Shown here piece after piece: positions 24,658 through 32,000 of a DNA stretch of 32,000 nucleotides. Position 1 is the stretch's first letter. Each line of letters opens with the position of its first letter. Below the pieces are notes generated by a model. The model was not told where the DNA came from. It was given only the letters and a program-made list of their open reading frames with translations, and ran no database searches. The DNA comes from Schaalia odontolytica. Lineage in GTDB: Bacteria; Actinomycetota; Actinomycetes; Actinomycetales; Actinomycetaceae. A program made the translations under genes and the position numbers. The stretch is taken from assembly GCF_005696695.1 (NCBI RefSeq), contig NZ_CP040006.1, positions 690,001 to 722,000 on the forward strand. The letters are read 5' to 3'.

Positions 24658-25365
24658 CTACCTCTGATAGGTGACGAGCCCGCCGTCCACGTCCTCCGTC
24701 GTCAGGATCTGCGTCAGCCTGTCTGGCGAGACGGCGTGCGGATCTATGACGACGACGGAGCGTCCCTGCATCCACTGATCCAAGACCTGGCCCGCACCCG
24801 TACGCGCATCCCACAGCAGCGCGACGCGGCTTCCCTGAACCGGCGCCGACGGGCGGGTCCCAGCCAGTGCCTCGTCGCGAGCCTGGAGAAGCAGCGGGGG
24901 AGTATCGACGACGAGGGCATCCGGCTGCGTGGCGATTTCCGCGAGGCCGTCGAGCGCTCCATCCAGGGGACCATCCCATGCGAACGACAGGTACTGCGCG
25001 GGTTGCGCCAGCACGTGCGCCCCGGCGTCCAGCGCGTCGGATGCTTCGGAACCGAGAATATTCGTGACGAAAAGGTCTCCGGGGAGCGGACGTCGTGTAT
25101 CGAGAACCTCCCATCCCATCGCCCGCGCTGCGATCTGCCAGAGGGAGTCCTGCCAGGGCTGAAGAGTCGTGTAGATGCGAGTTGGTGTCGCTTCGCCCGT
25201 GCCGAACAGGTCGGCCGCGAGTTCGTTTGTCAGGTAGTTCGCGATCTTCGCTAACCACCGGCTGACCACGGGTCCTCCCAGTTCAACCCGCTCCTGGCCG
25301 TATTGGGTGAGTGCTGGGCCTGACCATCCGTTAATCGCTGTGATACAGTAGGTGAGCCTGCTCAT
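24658..25365 (-). CDS. Conserved actinobacterial hypothetical protein (TIGR03089-like by recollection)
   Basis: Track ORF 24658..25419. I prefer ATG 25365 (MSRLTYCITAINGW...) because the 18 upstream codons lie in an AT-rich, atypical-codon stretch. PALTQYGQERVELGGPVVSRWLAKIANYLTNEL resembles the N-terminus of that family. No catalytic motif is recognised. Confidence 0.55.
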   Translation of the reverse strand: MSRLTYCITAINGWSGPALTQYGQERVELGGPVVSRWLAKIANYLTNELAADLFGTGEATPTRIYTTLQPWQDSLWQIAARAMGWEVLDTRRPLPGDLFVTNILGSEASDALDAGAHVLAQPAQYLSFAWDGPLDGALDGLAEIATQPDALVVDTPPLLLQARDEALAGTRPSAPVQGSRVALLWDARTGAGQVLDQWMQGRSVVVIDPHAVSPDRLTQILTTEDVDGGLVTYQR

Positions 25366-25514
25366 AGTTTCTAAGGACTTATTGTTCATGGTTTCAAGTA
25401 TATCGAAGGTCCCAGGCATACCAAGTACTTAGTAACTGTGAAGTCCTTGAAATAGGGCATTGTTTTACCGGTGGGTCAAGTGCTACGGAAAAGGTCTCAA
25501 TATCGCGAAACGGC

Positions 25515-25543
25515 TTGACTTCCTGCAATGACACGCGTGTAAT
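25515..25543 (+). promoter_or_regulatory. Candidate whiB promoter (TTGACT-17 nt-TGTAAT)
   Basis: -35 TTGACT at 25515..25520, 17-nt spacer, -10 TGTAAT at 25538..25543. It lies inside an AT-rich intergenic island of about 45% GC. AAGGAG at 25567..25572 sits 8 nt before ATG 25581. Confidence 0.45.
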
Positions 25544-25580
25544 TCTCGTATTGATCGATTCGTTATAAGGAGCTCCCGCA

Positions 25581-25877
25581 ATGTGGAACATCTTCGGTGA
25601 CGGGCCCATCGAGTGGTCCGAGGACGCCGACGCGGCGCAGTACGCCCGCATTGACGGCCCCCTTGCGTGGCAGCAGCACGCCCTGTGCGCGCAGACGGAT
25701 CCTGAGGCGTTTTTCCCTGAAAAGGGCGGCTCCACTCGCGAGGCTAAGGCCGTTTGTCAGGCCTGCCAGGTGCGCGAAGAATGCCTGGAATACGCGCTGG
25801 CTAACGACGAGCGCTTTGGTATTTGGGGTGGCATGTCCGAGCGCGAGAGGCGGCGCCTGCGCCGTATGGCCGGTTGA
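25581..25877 (+). CDS. whiB: WhiB-family Fe-S transcription factor (WhiB2/WhmD-like)
   Basis: 98 aa. Four Cys in Wbl spacing (C-x22-C-x2-C-x5-C: CAQTDPEAFFPEKGGSTREAKAVCQACQVREEC), the GIWGG turn, and a basic tail RERRRLRR. Confidence 0.92.
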   Translation: MWNIFGDGPIEWSEDADAAQYARIDGPLAWQQHALCAQTDPEAFFPEKGGSTREAKAVCQACQVREECLEYALANDERFGIWGGMSERERRRLRRMAG

Positions 25878-28800
25878 GTCCGACGCAGCGCTCCGTCGGT
25901 GCGATCCTTGTCACAAGGGGAGAGGCGCCGCTGACCCAGTCCGTTTTGCGGGCCATCGAGAATCAATCGGTGGCCCCGCATTCGTTGACCATCATTGACG
26001 TCGCAGGGCGCCACGTCACCCCTTTCCCTGCTGATCGAGTTCCCGACGGTGCCGAGCTCGTGCGCGTCGGCCGCGCCCGCAACCTCGGCGACGCGATTCG
26101 TCGAGCCCACGCGCAGGGTGCCCGCTTTGCGTCGGAGCAGTGGTGGTGGATCCTGCATGAGGACAGCGCCCCCGAACCCGAGTGTCTTGACGAGCTCATC
26201 CAGGCCGCCGCCGTCGGTAGGACCGTCGGAGCTGTCGGCGTCAAGCAGATGAGCTGGGACGGCAGTCGGCTCCTCGAACTCGGAATCTTTGCCACGGCCA
26301 GTGCCCGCCGACTCGAGCGTATCGGCGATGACGACATCGACCAGGGCCAGCACGATGGCACGAGCGACGTCCTCGGCGTCGGCACCGCCGGTCTGTTCAT
26401 CAGTGCCGAGGCCTACGAGGCCGTCGGCGGCTTCGATCCCGCACTCGGCCCCTTCGGTGACGGCCTCGACCTGGGGCGCCGCCTGCACCTGGCCGGATAT
26501 CGCGTCATTGTGGCCCCCAAGGCGCGCGTACGTCACGCCCGCGTCTCTCTCTACTCCGGCCTCGACGGCGCTTCGGACACGGACCACAGCGAACCGACGG
26601 GGGATGTCTCCGACGCCGTCGTCGATGGCAACGACGCGACCGATGGATCGTTCCGCAAGCGCCGCTACGCCCAGATGTACAACTGGTGCAAGGCGGTGCC
26701 CGCCCTCATCCTGCCGTTCTTGGCGCTGTGGCTCCTCGTGTGGAGTCCCGCCCGCGCCCTCGGACGCATTCTGACGGGCCGGGCCTCACTGGCTCTGCCC
26801 GAAATCGGCGCCCTCGTCTCCCTGATTGGCGCGACCCCGCGCCTGCTGGCGGGGCGTGCACGCGCAGCTCAGTCGCGCCGCGTTCCCCGCTCGGCCCTGC
26901 GCGCGCTTGAGACGGCTCCCGCCCTGCTGCGCAAGGAACCCGCAGGCGTGGACGAAGATGAACATGGAGAGCGGATCGATCCGCTGGTTGTTGCCTCGAT
27001 GCGGCGCTACCGCTTCCGCTCGGCATCAACTGCCCTGGGGCTCCTCATCCTGACTGCCGCCCTGGCACTCATGCAGTGGTGGGGGACAGCGGGGGGCCTC
27101 GTGGGTGGCGCGTGGGTGTCCCTGCCCTCCTCGTGGTCCGAGCTGTGGGCCGCCGCGTGGTCCGCGTGGATTCCGGGTGGTGACGGGTACGCCGGCGGGG
27201 CTGATCCGCTGACGATCCTCATGGCGATTCTCAGCGCTCCGTTTGCACCCATGGGCATCACCCCGGGAGCTCTCGCCACCTTCCTGCTTGTCGCATCAAC
27301 GCCGATCGCCGCGATGGTGGCATGGAATCCCTCGCGCGTGCTCGCCTCGTCGCTGCGCGTTCGCTTCCTCGTGTCCCTTGCCTGGTCGCTCGCCCCGTCC
27401 CTGCTCATGAGCGCCACGCACGGCGTTCTCGCAGCGACCCTCGCGCACGCGGCCCTGCCTGTCTTTGTTGCCTACTGTGTGGGTCAGCCGAAGCCTCTGC
27501 TGGTAGCCGGTGCCGGCGGCGTCGACGAGGCCCCGCTGCGTCCGCGTGGAGTCAACGGCGGATGCGCCGCTCTTGCCCTCGTCATTCTGGCCTGCTGCGC
27601 TCCCTGGACACTCCCGCTGGGTGCGGGTGTGCTGGCGTGGCGCTCGCGTCGTTCTCTCCTCGTGGCACTGCCCGCCCTCGTCCTCCTCGTGCCCACCTAC
27701 GTCTCGATCGCGGCGCGACCCTCGGCGTGGCCGGCGCTCGCCTCGACGAGCGGGGGAGTGCACGCCTACACGCGCGCCGACTCGTGGATGGCGATGCTTG
27801 GCATGCCCGCCGCGCCGTCAACGCCCCTCGAGGCTGTTGCCCTGGGTACTATCGGTGCCGGCGTGATCGCCGCCGCGGGCATTGCTCTCCTGCGCCTGCG
27901 TACTCGCTTCGCTGCACTCGCCTTCTGCGGAGCCCTCGTGGCCGCCGCGGCCGGCTGGGTAGCCGCACAGATCGGCGTGGGCATCTCCGGTGCGTTCGTC
28001 GCTCACGCATGGACCGCTCCCGCGCTGTCGCTGTCTTTCGGAGCCCTGCTCGTGCTCGCCGCCCGATCTGGTTCGGGCAGCGAAGACGAGGCCGATGGCC
28101 CTCGCCCCGCATGGGACGGCTCTCGTCCCTTCACCGTGCGCGCGCTCGGCGCCCTGAGCGCGCTCGTTCTGCTAGGTGCAGGAGGAGTCGTGGCAGCCTC
28201 CGCCTTCGCCGCACGTGGCGACGCAGCGGACACCCCGACCTTCACGCTCGCGCAGCGCTCGACCGTTTCCCCGATGTCCTCGCCGATCGTCTCCGCTGTC
28301 GCCTCGCAGGCTCAGCGCTCGACGCGCGCGGGACGCATCCTTGTCCTCGACGGTGACCCCACGAACGGCACGGTCAACGCGTTCCTGTGGCGCGGCTCGG
28401 GCCCCTCCCTGACCGATGGCTCGCCGGCAACGCGCGCCGTCGCCCTCGCTCGTGCTCGCTCAGGTGCTGCGGAAGGAGTCCTGCGCGACCCTGCTACGGC
28501 GTCACTTGCCCAGGCGGCCTACACCCTCGTCGTCTACCCCGATGACGCGACCGTGGCGACCCTGGCCGCCCACGATATCGACACGATCCTGGTGCCCCTG
28601 GGCGCCAGCGGATCCCAGGCCCTGACCTCCGGACTCGACCGAGCCTCCGGCCTCGAAAAGGTTGGCGACACGAACTCGGGCACCGTCTGGCGTGTGCGCC
28701 CCGGCGGCGTGACCCCGTCGCGCGTCCGCGTTGAATCGGCGTCCGGCGTGACTACCCCGGTCGGCGGCAGCCAGCTCAGCGTCAGCGGAGACGTTGATGC

Positions 28801-29038
28801 GAGCGGCACCCTGATCCTCGCCGAGCGCGCCGACTCCGGATGGCGCGCATCCGTCGACGGCACCGCGCTGGCCGCCACTGAAGCAGCCGACGGATGGTCA
28901 CAAGCCTTCGAGATGCCTACCGCAGGGCACCTGACGCTCACTTACAGCGCGTGGTGGATCATCCCCTGGCAGATCGCCTCCGGCGTGTGCCTGGTCGTCG
29001 CCGCAGCAAGCGCCCTATCTGCGTGGAGGAAGAGATGA
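25874..29038 (+). CDS. Large GT2-family glycosyltransferase fused to a polytopic membrane region and a C-terminal extracytoplasmic domain
   Basis: Track ORF 25823..29038. The only in-frame start candidates before the first GT2 strand (SVGAILVTRG) are TTG 25874 and TTG 25823; TTG 25874 overlaps the whiB stop as TTGA. GT2 motifs: ILHEDSAPEPECLDEL, GTAGLFISAEAYEAVGGFD, DLGRRLHLAGYRV. More than 12 hydrophobic segments occupy residues 290-800. A soluble-looking domain follows, ending in a final TM segment (WWIIPWQIASGVCLVVAAASAL). Confidence 0.75.
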   Translation: MSPTQRSVGAILVTRGEAPLTQSVLRAIENQSVAPHSLTIIDVAGRHVTPFPADRVPDGAELVRVGRARNLGDAIRRAHAQGARFASEQWWWILHEDSAPEPECLDELIQAAAVGRTVGAVGVKQMSWDGSRLLELGIFATASARRLERIGDDDIDQGQHDGTSDVLGVGTAGLFISAEAYEAVGGFDPALGPFGDGLDLGRRLHLAGYRVIVAPKARVRHARVSLYSGLDGASDTDHSEPTGDVSDAVVDGNDATDGSFRKRRYAQMYNWCKAVPALILPFLALWLLVWSPARALGRILTGRASLALPEIGALVSLIGATPRLLAGRARAAQSRRVPRSALRALETAPALLRKEPAGVDEDEHGERIDPLVVASMRRYRFRSASTALGLLILTAALALMQWWGTAGGLVGGAWVSLPSSWSELWAAAWSAWIPGGDGYAGGADPLTILMAILSAPFAPMGITPGALATFLLVASTPIAAMVAWNPSRVLASSLRVRFLVSLAWSLAPSLLMSATHGVLAATLAHAALPVFVAYCVGQPKPLLVAGAGGVDEAPLRPRGVNGGCAALALVILACCAPWTLPLGAGVLAWRSRRSLLVALPALVLLVPTYVSIAARPSAWPALASTSGGVHAYTRADSWMAMLGMPAAPSTPLEAVALGTIGAGVIAAAGIALLRLRTRFAALAFCGALVAAAAGWVAAQIGVGISGAFVAHAWTAPALSLSFGALLVLAARSGSGSEDEADGPRPAWDGSRPFTVRALGALSALVLLGAGGVVAASAFAARGDAADTPTFTLAQRSTVSPMSSPIVSAVASQAQRSTRAGRILVLDGDPTNGTVNAFLWRGSGPSLTDGSPATRAVALARARSGAAEGVLRDPATASLAQAAYTLVVYPDDATVATLAAHDIDTILVPLGASGSQALTSGLDRASGLEKVGDTNSGTVWRVRPGGVTPSRVRVESASGVTTPVGGSQLSVSGDVDASGTLILAERADSGWRASVDGTALAATEAADGWSQAFEMPTAGHLTLTYSAWWIIPWQIASGVCLVVAAASALSAWRKR

Positions 29039-30579
29039 CGAAGCGCCCAGCCAACTCCCTGACGACCCTGGTGGGAGCGGGGATCGCCGCGGCGGTTGTG
29101 GCCTCGGCGTCCATGTGGGTGTCGTCTGCTCCTGCCGCGGTGGAAGGTACTGCGCAGAGCGCGCACCCCTCGCAGGTCCAGCTCGCTTGCCCTTCCGGCA
29201 TTGTTGACCCCTTTGAGACCACGAACATCGCGGCGGGCACTACCTGGTCCTCGCTGGCGACGGCTCCCGTGTCTCCCGCACCCGCTTCTGTCACAGGGCA
29301 GGGCGGTGTCATCCCGACGGCCCTCACCCTCGCCGGTCAGGGCGGCGGTGAACTCGCCGGCCTGAGCGCCGTCGGCTGCGCGGCCGCTCGCACATCTCAG
29401 TGGATCGCGACCGGTGCGACCACCGCGGGTGCCGACATGGTCCTGATCCTGTCCAACCCCGGACCCACAGCCTCGGTCGTCAGCATCGATGGGTACGGTG
29501 CGTCGGGGCCGCTCAACGCAGCGCCGCGTCAGGTGACAGTCCCCGCACGATCCTCGGCCTCGGTGCTGCTCGCCGGATGGTTCCCCGACGAGAGCGCACT
29601 GGCCGTGCATGTGACCGCCGACGGGGGAGGGGTTGCTGCCTGGGCGCAGGCCTCCCTCATGAACGGTGAAATCCCGCAGGGCACCACCCTGGCTTCCGCG
29701 GTCGTGCCCGCAACCACGCAGACCATCCTCGGCGTGGACCCGAAGGGAACCTCCCTGCTGCGCCTTGCCTCGCCGTCGGGAGAGGCCCACGTGAGCGTCT
29801 CCGTCGCCGATTCGACCGGCGTGCACCCCCTGGCTGGAGGCGAGGCGACGGTCGCCGAAGGCACCACCCTCGACATGCCCCTCGACGGCGCGTCCAGTGA
29901 CTCCAGTCCGATCACGCTCATTGTGACCTCCGATCGCGAGGTTGTGGCTCAGACGACGACAATCACCCTCGGTGCGCCGTGGGCGCAGCGAGCGAGTGCC
30001 TGGATCATGCGGTCCAACGCGACTCCCGCCACAGCTCTGACTGAGGCGACTATTCCCGGCGCCACTCAGATTGAGGGCATGGGACGCCAGGTCCTCTCCA
30101 CGACGCCGATCCGTGCCACCTCCCTGGCCACCAATTCGGGCGTCACCAACGTGCGCGCGAGCCTCCTGCTCTACGCACCCGCGGAGGCCCAGGCCTCGTC
30201 GAACGATCAAGGCGTCGCCTCATCGGATGCCCCCAGCCCGAGCGCAACCCCCGACATCTGGGCGTCGCCCTCGCCGAGCGGCGGGCAGTCCGGGACGAGC
30301 CAGTCCGGCGCCGATCAGGACCCACAGTCGAGCGGTACGTCTGCTTCCACACCCGGAGCGGTCGCCGTGCGCGTGGGCGGGCGCACCATCTACGTTGCAC
30401 CCGGGATCCCCACCCTCGTGGATCTGCCCGACAACGGCGGAACCCTCAGCGCGGACTCTCCGATCCAGGCGGCTATCGTCGTCTCCGCGGACACGGCTGT
30501 GGGTCGCATGACCACGACGTGGAACGTGGGCACGGAAGGCATCAGCGCCGTCAGCGGCGCCATCCGCACCACCAACTGA
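29035..30579 (+). CDS. Membrane-anchored exported protein, DUF5719-like (by recollection), Ala/Ser/Thr/Gly-rich
   Basis: Track ORF 28894..30579 trimmed to ATG 29035, which overlaps the upstream stop (ATGA). N-terminal TM anchor LTTLVGAGIAAAVVASASMWV. Beta-rich repeats such as MVLILSNPGPTASVVSIDGYGASGP. An S/P/G/Q low-complexity stretch lies near the C-terminus. Confidence 0.6.
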   Translation: MTKRPANSLTTLVGAGIAAAVVASASMWVSSAPAAVEGTAQSAHPSQVQLACPSGIVDPFETTNIAAGTTWSSLATAPVSPAPASVTGQGGVIPTALTLAGQGGGELAGLSAVGCAAARTSQWIATGATTAGADMVLILSNPGPTASVVSIDGYGASGPLNAAPRQVTVPARSSASVLLAGWFPDESALAVHVTADGGGVAAWAQASLMNGEIPQGTTLASAVVPATTQTILGVDPKGTSLLRLASPSGEAHVSVSVADSTGVHPLAGGEATVAEGTTLDMPLDGASSDSSPITLIVTSDREVVAQTTTITLGAPWAQRASAWIMRSNATPATALTEATIPGATQIEGMGRQVLSTTPIRATSLATNSGVTNVRASLLLYAPAEAQASSNDQGVASSDAPSPSATPDIWASPSPSGGQSGTSQSGADQDPQSSGTSASTPGAVAVRVGGRTIYVAPGIPTLVDLPDNGGTLSADSPIQAAIVVSADTAVGRMTTTWNVGTEGISAVSGAIRTTN

Positions 30580-30587
30580 AGCGCCGA

Positions 30588-31010
30588 TCAGCGCATCGCG
30601 TCGTCGATCTCGTCCGGCGGCAACGCCAGGATGTGGCTGATGCGCTCGATCAATACCCTGCGCGTCATAACCGCGACCTCCTCCGGGGCGCACCGCAGCG
30701 TGATCGGCAAGCGATAGACGACGATACGATCATGCAGACCGCGACGCCGATCCGCCGGGAAAATACGCGCGACGACGACGTTGTGAGACTCCCAGGGAGC
30801 AGGATTCGACGGGGGAACATCCTCGACCGCAAACTCAATCGTGGCCACCTGCGGCCATCGACGAATGAGCTCGGTGACGAGTTCGCCGACCATCAGATCG
30901 AAATCCTCACGCCGCGTCCTCCACGCCGGAGTCCCCGGGAAAAACAGGGGACCGCGCGGACCGCGACCGTGGCGGTCACGACTCGAAACATGGCGGCGCG
31001 TAGGAAACAC
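30588..31010 (-). CDS. Zinicin-like/DUF1025 'metallopeptidase family' protein, canonical HExxH not present
   Basis: Track ORF 30588..31232 trimmed to GTG 31010 (VFPTRRHVSSRDRHGRGPRGP...). The longer version overlaps the divergent DUF3499 gene. Family-like blocks: RDRHGRG.RGP, FDLMVGELVTELIRRWPQ, EFAVEDVPP, RIVVYRLP. The position where HExxH is expected reads VLIERISHIL. Confidence 0.55.
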   Translation of the reverse strand: MFPTRRHVSSRDRHGRGPRGPLFFPGTPAWRTRREDFDLMVGELVTELIRRWPQVATIEFAVEDVPPSNPAPWESHNVVVARIFPADRRRGLHDRIVVYRLPITLRCAPEEVAVMTRRVLIERISHILALPPDEIDDAMR

Positions 31011-31079
31011 CCCCTCAGGGTAGGCGTATGGCGCGCCGAAGCGGGCGATACCGGTACAGAGTGTCGTACTCTTAGGGGC

Positions 31080-31532
31080 GTGATTGCCCAACGCCACTGC
31101 TCCAAGCCCGGCTGCTCCACGGTCGCCGTCGCCACCCTGACCTACGACTACCGTGACTCGACGGTCGTTGTCGGCCCCCTCGCGACTGTCGCCGACCCTA
31201 ACTCTTACGACCTGTGCGAGGAACACGCGCACAACCTCACCGCGCCGCTCGGCTGGCAGGTCGTGCGTTTGGCAACCACCTTCGAACCCGCTCCGCCCTC
31301 GGGGGATGACCTCGCGGCGCTCGTCGATGCTGTGCGCAGGGTCGCCCAGGAGGCGCAGGCAGCCCCGGCGCCGCCTCAGGAGCCCCGCAAGCCGACCACC
31401 GGACCGTTCGGGCCCGCGCGTTCCGTGGGGACCCCCGACACCTCGAGCCCGCTCGATCCGTCGAGCCCCTACGCGCGACGCCGCGCCCAGTTCACCGTCG
31501 TCGACGGCACGGACAACGAGGATAACGGCTAG
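31080..31532 (+). CDS. DUF3499-family protein (Cys/His zinc-ribbon-like N-terminus)
   Basis: Track ORF 30519..31532 trimmed to GTG 31080. HCSKPGCSTVAVATLTYDYRDSTVVVGPLATVADPNSYDLCEEHAHNLTAPLGWQVVRL matches my recollection of the DUF3499 core. The C-terminal half is Pro/Ala-rich and looks disordered. Confidence 0.6.
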   Translation: MIAQRHCSKPGCSTVAVATLTYDYRDSTVVVGPLATVADPNSYDLCEEHAHNLTAPLGWQVVRLATTFEPAPPSGDDLAALVDAVRRVAQEAQAAPAPPQEPRKPTTGPFGPARSVGTPDTSSPLDPSSPYARRRAQFTVVDGTDNEDNG

Positions 31533-31538
31533 GGGTTA

Positions 31539-32000
31539 CTACAGGCCGAAACGAGCCTGCGTCGCCTCGTGGAAACGAGCCTGGCCGCGCGAGCGGCGCT
31601 CAGCCTCCCGACCCCAGTCGCGATCCCTGCGGGCCACCAGCACGGCCGCAATCACAACCTCCGGGTGGAGGCCATCGGGGAGGGGAGTCTGCACGCGACG
31701 CGACAGGCGCTGTGCGAGCGAGACGGCGACCTGTCCTCGCACGTCCGTCTTCAACGAACGATTCGACTGCAGGAAGGCACGAGCCTCGGCGACGAGGGCA
31801 TCGTCGAGGGGAAGGATTGTCGCGGTGCGCGCCCAGTCTTCGAGGCCCGGCGGCAGCACGAGCGGCGGGTAGAACACGGATGCGCCCTGTGAACACACCA
31901 TCGTCCCGGCCGCCAGATCGCCCAGGCGCTTGCCTTTTGAACTCATGATCTCCGCGAGTGCAGCCAGGCCACCAAAGGTCGCCCAGTTCTCCAGAATGCC
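31539..32000 (-). CDS. RDD-family membrane protein, C-terminal part (5' end beyond the window)
   Basis: The frame stays open from 31946 to the window edge (...GILENWATFGGLAALAEIMSSKGKRLGDLAAGTMV...). GKRLGDLAAGT is the conserved end of the RDD domain. A soluble C-terminal tail follows. Confidence 0.5.
   Translation of the reverse strand, partial: GILENWATFGGLAALAEIMSSKGKRLGDLAAGTMVCSQGASVFYPPLVLPPGLEDWARTATILPLDDALVAEARAFLQSNRSLKTDVRGQVAVSLAQRLSRRVQTPLPDGLHPEVVIAAVLVARRDRDWGREAERRSRGQARFHEATQARFGL

Noticed and set aside
25823-25873. TTG 25823 as the start of the large GT2 membrane protein (55-nt overlap with whiB).
   Set aside because: It is not excluded, but TTG 25874 gives a classical 4-nt TTGA coupling overlap and the extra 17 residues carry no conserved feature. 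I kept it as an alternative only.
30519-31232. Long mutually overlapping versions of the DUF3499 ORF (30519..31532, +) and the zinicin-like ORF (30588..31232, -).
   Set aside because: Both cannot be full length. The conserved cores start at GTG 31080 (+) and GTG 31010 (-), leaving a sensible 69-nt divergent intergenic region. The extensions are antisense to each other's cores.

Overview
Densely coding, high-GC chromosomal segment with strong G/C preference at codon position 3. It looks like a cell-envelope locus of an Actinomycetota, probably Actinomycetaceae-like; taxonomy is inference only. I found no rRNA, tRNA, CRISPR, transposase or integrase.

Layout:
(i) 2-7475, minus strand: a GT4 glycosyltransferase, a DUF2142-like (GT-C-type) polytopic membrane protein, then a complete lic-type choline module. 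The module is a wHTH-LicC-LicA fusion, a LicB-like DMT permease and two tandem LicD transferases; the last LicD runs off the window and is missing from the ORF track.
(ii) 7575-17243, plus strand: about 9.7 kb of mostly translationally coupled genes for an Rgp/rhamnan-type wall polysaccharide. These are GT4, GT2, an SDR, an RgpF-family protein, an AT3 O-acyltransferase with an AlgJ/AlgX-like partner, an ABC-2 permease, and a Wzt-type ATPase with a C-terminal glycan-binding extension. The block ends in a clear intrinsic terminator.
(iii) 17394-19118: a secreted NlpC/P60 hydrolase with about 10 choline/cell-wall-binding repeats and a PG_binding_1-like domain.
(iv) 19188-24653: a GT2 with a coiled-coil tail coupled to a second DUF2142 paralog, a lipoprotein, rmlB and another GT2.
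(v) 24658-32000: the conserved actinobacterial whiB2 neighbourhood. It holds a TIGR03089-like protein, whiB, a roughly 1050-aa GT2-polytopic membrane protein whose ORF overlaps the whiB stop, a DUF5719-like exported protein, a zinicin-like protein lacking HExxH, DUF3499, and a partial RDD protein.

Main hypothesis: a pneumococcus-like choline system in a high-GC actinobacterium. Phosphocholine would be written onto a wall polysaccharide and read by a choline-binding autolysin, but the glycan would be built on an ABC-transporter-dependent rhamnan pathway.

Limits: all family calls come from motif recognition by eye, with no BLAST or HMM. Start codons are often uncertain. Many long ORFs in the track are antisense or alternative-frame shadows typical of GC-rich DNA, and I rejected them.
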